Positions 11,184-21,700 of a DNA stretch of 41,149 nucleotides are shown here, in pieces (position 1 is the first letter of the stretch; every line of letters starts with the position of its first letter). The position numbers and the translations under genes are program-made. Location of the stretch: positions 1 to 41,149 of the forward strand of contig MRSU01002614.1 of assembly GCA_008369845.1 (NCBI GenBank). Reading direction: 5' to 3'. This DNA comes from Trichomonas gallinae (taxonomy: Eukaryota). The notes beneath the pieces are model-generated. The model was not told the origin of the DNA. It saw only the letters and a list, made by a program, of their open reading frames with translations, and did no database searches.

Positions 11184-11265
11184 ATGAAATTAGGGATGTG
11201 CGAACTGGCCGTTTAGTGATGGATTCGCTACTAAAAAGTGAGAATTCGCACAACCCTAATGAAAT
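11184..11265. mobile_element. 68-bp non-autonomous TIR element (11191-11258) with 7-bp target-site duplication
   Basis: TIR TAGGGATGTGCGAA (11191-11204) pairs with TTCGCACAACCCTA (11245-11258), 13/14. Exact ATGAAAT direct repeats flank it (11184-11190, 11259-11265). Confidence 0.75.
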
Positions 11266-11424
11266 ACATTGATCAAAAAATATCAAATGTTGTTTTTCCA
11301 AACACAATCAATGATATTGTTTTGGTGTCCTTGCCTGGTATATCAATCATTCAGAAGTCAATGAATTTAAAAAAAAAACTGCAAACAAATGATGACAGAA
11401 AATGTAAAATATTGAGAATTACAA

Positions 11425-11432
11425 AAAGTGAC
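11425..11432 (+). promoter_or_regulatory. AAAGTGAC upstream motif (trichomonad core-promoter motif 2 type)
   Basis: Exact motif 25 nt before the ATG at 11458, with a variant AAGGTGAC at 11441-11448. The same motif recurs upstream of other genes in the window. Confidence 0.55.
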
Positions 11433-11457
11433 AATGTCAAAAGGTGACATTTTATAA

Positions 11458-11892
11458 ATGTTGTTTTTTTTATTTTTCCTATTGATAAATTTGGTTAAAT
11501 CAGACAGAGCCAGAAATGATGAACGCATAAAAAATGCCGGGGAGTGTTACCCTGCTATTAAGAATTTCTTTTATAAACGGAACACTAAAGCACCTGAGAT
11601 CATTAATAAATGCATAGAATACGCTGCAAGATTCAATATTAGAATCGATTCTGAGGCTAAAAGAACAGCTACGATGTGTTATGCGTGGATGTGCGAACAC
11701 AAAGATGAATTATCTGATCAATTAAGAGCAGATTATAGTTTTTCCTTTCCAAATGAACAAACAGAAGGATTGACTATAGTTGAAAAGAATGATGAAAATC
11801 TAAATAGTTTTGACTCGGATCCTTTTGGTATATTTGAATTTTCATCAGCAAAAGCTGAAGAAGTAGATGATGATGAAAAAGAAAATCTGTAG
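11458..11892 (+). CDS. Small protein with predicted signal peptide, helical core and acidic tail (144 aa)
   Basis: Hydrophobic leader MLFFLFFLLINLVKS, promoter motif upstream, intact ORF. Confidence 0.75.
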   Translation: MLFFLFFLLINLVKSDRARNDERIKNAGECYPAIKNFFYKRNTKAPEIINKCIEYAARFNIRIDSEAKRTATMCYAWMCEHKDELSDQLRADYSFSFPNEQTEGLTIVEKNDENLNSFDSDPFGIFEFSSAKAEEVDDDEKENL

Positions 11893-12163
11893 GTTTTACA
11901 TGTAATAAACTATTAAGTGTGTCTCTTTTTTATTCTAAATTAATCCAACAATTAAGTAATTCTCAATAAGAATCTGTTTAAAAATACATATGGTGTCGAA
12001 AGAGTCAAAATTATTAATGAAACTTAGTTTATTATTTATTTTTCAATATTCATAAAACAAGATTGATAATTAGACTGCATTGTGATATTATTGTTTGTAA
12101 AAAGGAAAAAAAAATCATTACTAAACATGGTATATTTTAACATAATATAATAATAATTAAGAT

Positions 12164-14503
12164 TCATGGGGACTTTGTTTCAGGCAAAACAAATGGGTCA
12201 TCAGATTTAGTCTGTTCGTTATTCGAAGACTCATAAGTGTAAATCGAATATGATGAGAATGAAACATCTTTTTCATCTTCATCATTGTGTTCAATAATTT
12301 TTCCGATTTTTCGTGTTTGTCTAATGAAATTGAAAACAGAGAGAATGATAATGCAAATAATCACGAAAGTTCCTGATGCTATTGTTGCTACTTTTTCTTT
12401 GTGAGAGACTGTTGGTAAAACGTATTTTGTCTGTTGAGGTGGTGCTGTTTCTCTTATTTCTGGAACGTCAGGCATCAATGATCCATAAACGTCCTCCCAT
12501 TCTCCATCCCATGGATCGTTGTTGCCAGCAATTGGAATCCCGTAAACATCAAGTCCTGTATATGATTCAGGAACTGAGCAAACTAGGCCGATTCTTACAA
12601 GCTCGTTTTTAGTGTCAGTGTCTGATATTTGAGGAATTTCGGTGAAACAAATTAAAACTTTTTTCACAAGTGATGAGTCGAATGTCATTGATTGAAGCAA
12701 AACTTTGTTATTCACTGTAACATTTTCGACTTTTCTGCAGCCTTCAAAAATATTTTGTTTTATGATGATGCTTGTTTGAATAACAACTGTTTCAAGATTT
12801 GAACATGAATAGAAACATTTTTGGCCAATATTCGTTATTGTTTGTGGAATGATTATATATTTCAATGAGATACAATTAGCGAAAGAAAAATCACCAATAC
12901 ATGTTAAAGAACTTGAAAAAAGATCATTTTCTAATGTTCTTGAAAAAATACTTTTTCCCAATGAAATAAGATGATTTTCATATGAATTACTTTTATATTT
13001 AATCGTTGTTAACGAGCTGCAACCATTAAAAGCATTGTTTTCTATAGATTGTATAGAAGATGGAACTGATATTTCAACTAATGATGAACAATCCTGGAAT
13101 AAACTTTCAGTAATTGAAGTAAAACTTCCAGGAAGAAGAAATCTTTGCAAACTGCTGCAACCTTTGAAAACACCTTTTTCAAGTGTATTTATTCCATCAG
13201 GGAGTGAAACATCATCTAAACTACTGCATCCATCGAATGCTTCCTGTCCGATTTTTACCAAGGAATCAGGAAAATCAATGTCAGTCATCGATGCACATCC
13301 TTGAAAAGTGAATCTAGCAATTTCTGTCAAAGAATCTCCAAGTTCAATGCTTTGAAGTTTAGAACAACCACTAAATGCTCCTTCTTCTATTATAGTTATA
13401 GAACTTGAAAATGTTATTGATGTTAATTTTAAACAGCCACTGAACGCGTATTGATTGATTCTTGTCACCCTTGGAATATTAACATTTTGCAAATCCTGAC
13501 AATTTTTGTATGCATTTGCATTGATTAGTTCGATGTTTGGAATATCAGCAGTTGTGATTTTCGTGCCAAGAAAGGCCTCATTACCAATAGATGTGATTGA
13601 GCTGTAGTCTATCTCTAAGTTTAAGTTTGGACATTCTTTAAATGTTGCGTCCGCAATAGATGATAATCTTGTGAGTCCTGTAATTTTTTCTAGCTTAGAG
13701 CAACCCATAAATGCAGTGACTCCCATCGATGTAACAGCAGATAAGTCTATTGTTCCTGTTAAACTTGAGCATTGATAAAAAGTACTTTCGATTATTGATG
13801 TTAAATGCGGCATTCCAATAATTTGCTTTATCTGGTTGCACATGAAGAAAGCTGCTTTTCCTATTGATGATACTTGGCTCAAATCTATGATACTCGACAG
13901 TTGATAGCATTGAAAAAATGCATTAAACTCAATTGTTGTGCAGTGTGGCATTCCAATGATTTGGCTGAGTTTAGAACATTGGAAGAACGCTGAATCAGCT
14001 ACTGTTATCACTTGAGACAAGTCCAATGGTCCAATCAAATTTGAATCGCCTTGAAAAGCACCTTGACCAATAGATCTGACCGAAGATAATGATGTTACAT
14101 CTATCAAATTCGAACAATATTGAAATGTAGTTGCTGCAAGATCAGTGACACGATCAAATCCATTAACATGTTGTAAATTTTGGCAATTTTGAAAAGCACC
14201 TTGTCCTACTGTTGTTACTGATGTCGGAAGTACAACAAGAGTTAACGCATATGCATTTTGGAAACTATATTGGCCAATTCTTGTTAATTGTTTGAAATTT
14301 TCAAGATTTGCAACTGTAATTTGCTTGTTGTTGAATGCACCATCCTGAATTGATGTAATAGTGTTATCTTCTGCAATATTTTCAATCGCGCATCTAACAT
14401 CAGACTGAAGACCGCTGATTGTCTGCCCATTGATGTTCAGAGAACATTGAGGATCGTCCAAAACCAGTCTTACATTAATCAAACTCAGCAAAACAAAAAG
14501 CAT
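12164..14503 (-). CDS. BspA-like (TpLRR / LRR_5) leucine-rich-repeat surface protein (779 aa)
   Basis: Signal peptide, many ~23-aa repeats of the type LxxIxxPxSxxxIxxxAFxxCxxL, a Pro/Thr linker, a TM helix (GTFVIICIIILSVF), and an acidic cytoplasmic tail ending DDPF... Confidence 0.95.
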   Translation of the reverse strand: MLFVLLSLINVRLVLDDPQCSLNINGQTISGLQSDVRCAIENIAEDNTITSIQDGAFNNKQITVANLENFKQLTRIGQYSFQNAYALTLVVLPTSVTTVGQGAFQNCQNLQHVNGFDRVTDLAATTFQYCSNLIDVTSLSSVRSIGQGAFQGDSNLIGPLDLSQVITVADSAFFQCSKLSQIIGMPHCTTIEFNAFFQCYQLSSIIDLSQVSSIGKAAFFMCNQIKQIIGMPHLTSIIESTFYQCSSLTGTIDLSAVTSMGVTAFMGCSKLEKITGLTRLSSIADATFKECPNLNLEIDYSSITSIGNEAFLGTKITTADIPNIELINANAYKNCQDLQNVNIPRVTRINQYAFSGCLKLTSITFSSSITIIEEGAFSGCSKLQSIELGDSLTEIARFTFQGCASMTDIDFPDSLVKIGQEAFDGCSSLDDVSLPDGINTLEKGVFKGCSSLQRFLLPGSFTSITESLFQDCSSLVEISVPSSIQSIENNAFNGCSSLTTIKYKSNSYENHLISLGKSIFSRTLENDLFSSSLTCIGDFSFANCISLKYIIIPQTITNIGQKCFYSCSNLETVVIQTSIIIKQNIFEGCRKVENVTVNNKVLLQSMTFDSSLVKKVLICFTEIPQISDTDTKNELVRIGLVCSVPESYTGLDVYGIPIAGNNDPWDGEWEDVYGSLMPDVPEIRETAPPQQTKYVLPTVSHKEKVATIASGTFVIICIIILSVFNFIRQTRKIGKIIEHNDEDEKDVSFSSYSIYTYESSNNEQTKSDDPFVLPETKSP

Positions 14504-14729
14504 TCGTTGAACGTTAAAACGTAAAAAATCTTACAGTATGAAAAGTCAGTAAAAACATGAAAATATGAATATTTAGTGTTATTATATTAAATTTGTCTAT
14601 ATTGGAGAAATAAGAATTTTTCAATTTCACTTTTAGAATTTTTGAATTAAAAATTGGTCAGAAATCAGTATCGACGCAATTTAACATAATGATAAGATAT
14701 TTGAAGTATTCACGAATTACATTTTTTGA

Positions 14730-14928
14730 AAAGTGACGTTAATTAAAAAAAATCATACACTTTATTTAAATCGTTTTCTAACGAATAAAAAATTAACATT
14801 TCACTTTTCCTGATAATTGAATGGAAACGATAGAACTTATCGTTTTTCCTCTACAAATCGGGAGTATTATGAATATGCTTGTGAATTTCCAAAGCTTTGT
14901 CAGACGGTTTGAACTATTGAATTTTTAA
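14730..14928 (+). other. Orphan promoter cassette plus a 35-codon ORF (possible decayed gene)
   Basis: AAAGTGAC at 14730-14737, Inr-like TCACTTTT at 14801, ATG at 14821, TAA at 14926-14928. Confidence 0.35.
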
Positions 14929-15146
14929 CAGGGGCTGATATTTTAAACAGGGACTTGGAGGTTTGTTCTTTATAACTTTTTCGACCTTGATCATGATGGT
15001 CATCTTGTGCATGTTTTATTTGAAAATTTAATATGAGTATCCTTATGGTCTGTGACCATTATAATGCGAAGAAAAGATCTAAAATTTAGGTTTTCAAACC
15101 TCCCGAGGATTTCATTTATGATCTCATCTTTATGAAGTAAGAATCA

Positions 15147-18137
15147 TTAATCAGTAATGTAAGAGAATGGACATGTAGAAGGACCGGTAAGAACTGGAAA
15201 GTATCTTGTAGGTTGAAAGTCATCATGATTTTGTAATAAATCTGAAATAGCCTTCTTTGAAGCAATATCATAAGAATTCTCTCCTTTGTTGTTCTTGATG
15301 AGATGGTAATAAGGTATTTTAGAATTCACAAATGTCGAAACTAATTTTTCGTTCCTTGATGCTACACAGCTCATTAATGGCGAGAAGCCATCAACGTCTT
15401 GGTGCGAGCCATCAACATCTTTCCTTGAAGCTAGCCAAGAAAGTGCATCTTCATTACCATATTGGCTGAACCAATAAAGAACTCCATAGCCTTCGTCATC
15501 GCATGCGTTGATATCTACTCCATGGTTCACTAAATTCTTGACAAGTTGCAGATCATTTTCTGCTGCTGCTTTGACAATCAGAGGAGTCCTCATTATACCT
15601 TTAACATCCAAATAACCGTTTTCCTTTGCAAACTTGAAGAAATCTGAATCACCTCTTGCGTTAACAAGCAAATCGTATATGGAGTCGAAATTGCTTTCAG
15701 TTTTGCTTAATTTCCTAAGTGAGTCGATTGAAGGGCATAGAGCTTCCAAACATTTTGTCTTGATTTTCTGTGATTTGTCCTGCTTATAATCGGGCAATTT
15801 TTGATTGTTAATTTTTGCCTTAGTGTAGTCAAGAATGAAATCGCTGGTAAGCATTGCCCCTTTTTTAAGTAGTAGTTGCCTCACAAGGTTTGATTTAGCG
15901 AAGTTGATTGCAGTCATTCCTTTCTTGTTCTTTTGATTGACGTTAATCTTGAGATGGTTAAGTATTTGATTGACCAATCCATAATTGTTGAACATAGCAG
16001 CCATCATTAATGGAGTCAATCCATCAAATCTGGCAAGATTTACATCGAGATTTGAGTGTAATAAAACTAGGCGAACACCATCTAAATTGTTCTTGAAAGT
16101 AAACCAGAACAATGCTGTTTCTTTGTTGTCGTTGCAGCTGTTGATGTCAATGTCGCCCCAAGCAAGTAATGCACGAGCAAGTTTAAGATTGTCGCTTTTT
16201 GCAGCATGAATTAGTAAAGTATTTTTTTGTTCATCTCTGACACGTAAATAATTCTGGAATCTCGCCATGACAAATGTTATCATCTGGTTGACAGAAACAG
16301 CATAGTCGAGAGCAGAATAAATATTTTGGAAGTAGTAATTTGTCGGCTGAACAATTTCGAGCAGTTTCCATGAATCATAGTGATCTGCATGGAATTCTTC
16401 ATGGTAAATTTCCCTGTAATATGTATCACGAATGAGTTCCATGAGTTTTGCTTTCGGTATATTTCTATTTCTGTATTTTTTGACTTGTCGCTGTTCGAAT
16501 TTAAGCATGAATAATGTCGCACTTATTAATTCATATTCGGACTGGTAACCATCTACGTTAGAGAGTCCATCATCTGTATTTTCATTATCCATAATGATTT
16601 CAATTGGTTTATTATCATACTGAGCTTCAGCTGATGTTTGCATTTCGTATATCTGTTTTAGCTTCTGAAGTTCTTCTGGTTTCATTTTGTGGTCTTTTTG
16701 AGTGATTTCTTGATTATTTGTTTTATTTTTGGTTAAGTCAATAATTTGGGATTTTGATGATTTTTCTGTCTGATTTTGTGCATTAATTGTTTTATTTGGC
16801 TTATTTTCATCCTTAGTTTCTGTTTTAGCTTCAGTTTGATTTTCAATATTTGAATCTGTTTTGGTGGGCTGTGATTTTACATCTTTTTCAATTTTGTTTG
16901 CTTCTTCTTGCCTTTTCTGTTCTATTGTATCTGTAGAAACTGTTGGATTTTGATCAATTTTCATGGATTTTGAAGAGATTTCAACAACTTTTGGTTCTGG
17001 ATCAATAATTTCTTCATTCTGCTTGAATTCTGGCATTTTTGGTACATCATTGCTGCTTTCTAGTGATTTTTCAAGCTGATTATGGATCAAATCCATAATT
17101 TGATCAACATTTTCTTTATTTTTGGAAATATTCTGAGGAACTTCATTTATTTTCTCTATATCTGAGGTTTCATCACTCTTAACATCTGTATTTGCTTGAT
17201 TTTGTTCGGATTCCAAAGAAATTTGTTTGATTTCTTCATTTAGAGTATTATCATTTGTATTTTCTTTACTTGATTGTATATTAGTTGGTTTTTCATCAGG
17301 AATTTCTGTAATTTTATCCAAGATTTTTTGTTGATCTTGTTTAAATTGCTTAAGAATCATAGTATTTTCTCTATTTTCATCAGTTACATCGTTTTGTAAT
17401 ATAGAATCTAGCTTAAATTGTTTTGTATCATCAGATGGAACTGTTTCATTGTCAATTTGTAAATCTTGTTGATTATTCTTGTCTGTACACTCTTCTTGAT
17501 CCGTTATAGTCATTTCAGGCTTTTCTGTTTCATTATTATTAATTTCTTGAATTTTTTCTTGCTTGTTTGTTTCCAACTCCTCATCATCTGATGAGTATTC
17601 ATCATTTCTTGACAGTGATGAAACAAGAGAAGCCAAAAGAGCGAATTGTAATGCAGAATTTTTAGATTTATCGGGATTATTGTTCATATCATCGAGTATT
17701 TTGTTGATTTGATCCATTATACTGTTCACTAATCGCTTATTGTCTGCTTCTCCTCTTTTTTTATGCATTTCAATAATTTCTTGCTGTTTAATTTGAAGAT
17801 TTTTAATGAATTCTGAGATTGACGTGAAAAATGAGCATTTAAGATTATTGCCCAAGAAATTTAATAGCATTTGGAGGGTTTTAACGTTTGAGCCAATATT
17901 AATTGAAGCGGAAGAAAATATTTCAAACAGTTCCACGTTAGTAAACCGATCTGATAGATTACCAAAAAGCGTTACAGTTTGGTCAATATTTAATTCGCAG
18001 AGATTTAAGATTGAAGAAAGGTCGTCTTTTGACTTTTTGGTTACAAAATCATGATCATCTACGAGTACATCGATGTTTGATGCGATTTTAGCATAATCAG
18101 GAACAATCTTAGGAGGACTATTAAAAAAACGAAACAT
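15147..18137 (-). CDS. Ankyrin-repeat protein (996 aa) with a long charged low-complexity middle and two ankyrin modules
   Basis: NTLLIHAAKSDNLKLARALLAWGDIDIN, GLTPLMMAA, PLIVKAAAENDLQLVKNLVNHGVDIN, GFSPLMSC. Confidence 0.9.
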   Translation of the reverse strand: MFRFFNSPPKIVPDYAKIASNIDVLVDDHDFVTKKSKDDLSSILNLCELNIDQTVTLFGNLSDRFTNVELFEIFSSASINIGSNVKTLQMLLNFLGNNLKCSFFTSISEFIKNLQIKQQEIIEMHKKRGEADNKRLVNSIMDQINKILDDMNNNPDKSKNSALQFALLASLVSSLSRNDEYSSDDEELETNKQEKIQEINNNETEKPEMTITDQEECTDKNNQQDLQIDNETVPSDDTKQFKLDSILQNDVTDENRENTMILKQFKQDQQKILDKITEIPDEKPTNIQSSKENTNDNTLNEEIKQISLESEQNQANTDVKSDETSDIEKINEVPQNISKNKENVDQIMDLIHNQLEKSLESSNDVPKMPEFKQNEEIIDPEPKVVEISSKSMKIDQNPTVSTDTIEQKRQEEANKIEKDVKSQPTKTDSNIENQTEAKTETKDENKPNKTINAQNQTEKSSKSQIIDLTKNKTNNQEITQKDHKMKPEELQKLKQIYEMQTSAEAQYDNKPIEIIMDNENTDDGLSNVDGYQSEYELISATLFMLKFEQRQVKKYRNRNIPKAKLMELIRDTYYREIYHEEFHADHYDSWKLLEIVQPTNYYFQNIYSALDYAVSVNQMITFVMARFQNYLRVRDEQKNTLLIHAAKSDNLKLARALLAWGDIDINSCNDNKETALFWFTFKNNLDGVRLVLLHSNLDVNLARFDGLTPLMMAAMFNNYGLVNQILNHLKINVNQKNKKGMTAINFAKSNLVRQLLLKKGAMLTSDFILDYTKAKINNQKLPDYKQDKSQKIKTKCLEALCPSIDSLRKLSKTESNFDSIYDLLVNARGDSDFFKFAKENGYLDVKGIMRTPLIVKAAAENDLQLVKNLVNHGVDINACDDEGYGVLYWFSQYGNEDALSWLASRKDVDGSHQDVDGFSPLMSCVASRNEKLVSTFVNSKIPYYHLIKNNKGENSYDIASKKAISDLLQNHDDFQPTRYFPVLTGPSTCPFSYITD

Positions 18138-18794
18138 CTGTTTAAAAAAATAATGGGAATAAAATCATTTTTTAGCAATTTTTCCTGATGATTAACATGA
18201 TAATGGGCTTTAAACCCTAAAAATTTTCCATTAAAAATATAACCTTATTAATTTTTTCTCGCATTATTTCTAATTCATTTATTGGATTGGTTGGTAGATC
18301 AATTACAAGTATGTTATAGTAAAATGAATGAGTACATTGTTTTCATAATACTACATATCCCAGACTAAATAATATTAGATATGTTTTGAGATATTATTCA
18401 TTTTTAAAAATTTTTGAATTTTGTTCTGATTCATATTAAAATATGCAATGTGGATAAAGATGCATAAATAGATTTGTTTATTTTGAACATGATTTTAAAA
18501 ATATTTTATCTCCAATTTTTTTTTGTTTAAAATCACCAACTAGATCCTGCATTGCAAGCTGATTAAAATAAATATCTATGATACAAAGTAAGATTGTAAA
18601 TAACTTATGAAAGGCGATTCGTCAAAATTTTTTCATGAACAAGAATTTTTTTTTTACCCAGCCAAAACTCCCAATTGCAGAACCTTACTATCATCAAAAG
18701 TAACGAAAAATAAATTTTTAATGAATAAAAATAAAAACATAAATAAAACTTCAATAAATCGATGAGAGAACAATAAAAATAGTTCTTTTTGAAT

Positions 18795-21700
18795 TTATGG
18801 ATCATTAGTTAAATTCTCTGCTGGTGATTCTGTAGTCATAGGGTTATCTCTAGTCAATCCAGGATCTTCATTAAATTCCATTGATTCTAATTCTGCATTT
18901 TCGTTATCATTATTTTGATTTTTCTTTTTCATATAAATGACAACTCCAACAACGACTACAATAATAATAATGACCACTAAAGCGATCAATGGCCATAAAA
19001 TATATTTGCCGAAGATTGTATCAAAGAATCCTTTTGATTTAGGTTTTGTGTCAGGATCTTTGTCCTTCGTGTTTCCTTGATCAATCCAATATTTAACCAA
19101 CGAGTTCTTTGAATTCGCTCCTTGGCTGTCACGAACTTGGAATAAAACTGTATTGTCTCCTAAAACGCTATAAGATGTCAAATTGATTGCAAAGTCGTGG
19201 CAATTTGGCCTTTTATCAGCAGAACAGTTATAAACTGAATGGAATTCATTACCATCATCTGTTGAAATGAATATTTCAAGATCATCTTCGGGATCTAAAT
19301 CATCAATTCTTCCTGTGATTCTTACAGTTTCATTTGATAAGAATTTCAAGTTTTCTGATTTGATTTCTATTGTAGGTGGATGTGAGTTATAATACAAAAA
19401 CTTAGATGTTATGTTATCTGAACTATAATGATAACCATCAATTGCAGCGAACTTAATTGTATGGAACTCGAATGACAAATCATTTGGTATTGAAATTTGT
19501 GTGTAGTATGGTTTCGATGTGTAATTTGTAGTAATTGCATCTGATGCGAATTCAAAATCATTATCATCTATTTTATAGATAATAGTTGCATTCTTAAAAT
19601 GATTGATATAAAAGCTGACATCAATATAACCATTTGCAAAGAATTTAGTTGGTATTGGCTTGGCCAATTTAAAGTAAGGTGGTTCATTGACAATGCATGG
19701 CTGTACGTATGTCTTTTCATCTTTCATGTAAATTGCAAAATCATCAGTTGGTGATATTTTGTTATCATAGATTAAAGCAGCAATTGTTGTATCTATAAAT
19801 TTAATTTTCTGAGTATTGCCGTTGTATTTATATTCGAATTCAGCGTCGGAATGATGTGGTGGAGTGTTTATGAATATATCTTTAATTGTTTTGTCTGGTC
19901 CGAATCTGACTAATGTATCCTTATCTACAGAGAAAAATGGATTCGAAGAAGTGGTAATTAAAATTGGTTTCATGTAAATTGTGGATTCTGAACTTACATA
20001 AACTATCCGATGTCTTGGTATTGAATAAGCCTTTTCAGTATCATCGTAAGCGTAAATAGCTACATCATGATATCCACTTGAAAGTGAAAGACTGAATTCA
20101 AATTTGATCTCCATTTCAGGATTTTCTATTGATTTAATTAAAATGTCGCCTGTCTTGTTGATGTTATAAAAGAAACTGATTTTCTGTCCAGGTGGTTGCC
20201 AAATATAACTTAATTCAACATTCAATATATTCTCTGTTAACACGATTTCTTCATCGTCAAGCCAGAATATTGGAACTGGTGCTACTTTGGTATCCATATT
20301 GATGCTGAATTTTGATCTATCAGATTCTGCTTTTGAATCATCGACTGCATAAATCTCAACATATGGTGTTATTAAACCTGTTGGTGTAATATCCAAACCT
20401 CTAAGATATACATCTTCATTATTTGATTCGATCCAATCTGTCAAATTCTTTGTTTCCATTTTTTCACCGCCATATATCGAATATGCACATCTGATTTGAA
20501 CTTTTGAGTTTCCTTTAACTTTAACATCAATGTGGACAACAGATAATGTTAGAAGATTATGTGGAATATCTGAGAGAACAGTAAGTTCAGGCTTAATCTT
20601 AATTTGATCAGTTATCACTTGAGCAACCACATTTTCATTCTGCGAAGCAGTTAACTTTAGATAATTATCGTTTGAAACATCAGTTATTGATTGTTCAAAC
20701 TCAAATTCTGCGAACCTTTGCTCATTGATTGTAAAAGAATTATAAAAGATGGATTCTTTGACACTCTTTATATTATTTGAGCGTTTGGTTTCTACAAGTA
20801 GGTCAATGTTAGCGTTAGGTTCGATATTGGCAATGTAACCATGAACTTTAAATTTCTCGTTAGGTTTATAAGATGGCTTCAATTTATCTATTAGTATTGT
20901 TGGATTCTTTAATAATGTAACCTTGTTGTGATAATAAGCTGAAGTTGCTCCGTAGTCTCCAATTGCCATTATGTAAAAATCAACTGTATCAAATTTATTA
21001 GGGATGGTGATATTTGTTTGGAATTCTTTCATGCCGTTAATATGAGTAAATTTCGCTAGTTCTTGAACAGTGTCATATTCATATCTACAGATAATAGTAA
21101 TATTCGAGTTGCCATTGGGAAGAACTGATATATTCACATTTTGACTTGGCATGAATATGCTTTCATTCAAGTCCATATAAGCAAACATTATTGGAACTCC
21201 GTGTTGGCCAATAGTTGAAAATTTATATTTGTAGATTGCTGATTTGTATCCATATTCATCAACTGCATATATTATTACATCTGTCTCATCTAAATTAGTG
21301 TCTTTGACAAATATTTGATCATATTTTGTGATGTTCATGCCAGCAACATTTAATTGTTTCTCGATATAGTATTTTTCACCTAGTATTTCATAAACAATGT
21401 CCACGATTCCATCAGATTTAATTGAGAAATATATGTCACCGTAATCATTAAGGAAATATTGCTCTCTGATTTCGTTGTGAATAATGAATATTGGAGGATT
21501 CCTGATTAAGACGGTTTTATCGAATTGTTTGATAACTTTATCACCTGAATAAACAGTGAACGTAAGCTTATGATATCCCAAATAAAGTTTTAACATTTTG
21601 ATTGAAAAGCTAGCTTTGTATGAATCATCAACATCAACAGTTGCTGATGTACTTGATCGAGAAGCAATTGTGAAAGTGTAAGTTCCTGGATCAAAGCCAA

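Noticed and set aside
18605..18805. Possible displaced tail of the Bap-like gene (DP...FMK/NFDESPF) and a 66-aa ORF
   Set aside because: The intervening DNA has no GT-AG ends or clear TSD, and joining it needs an additional indel; too speculative.
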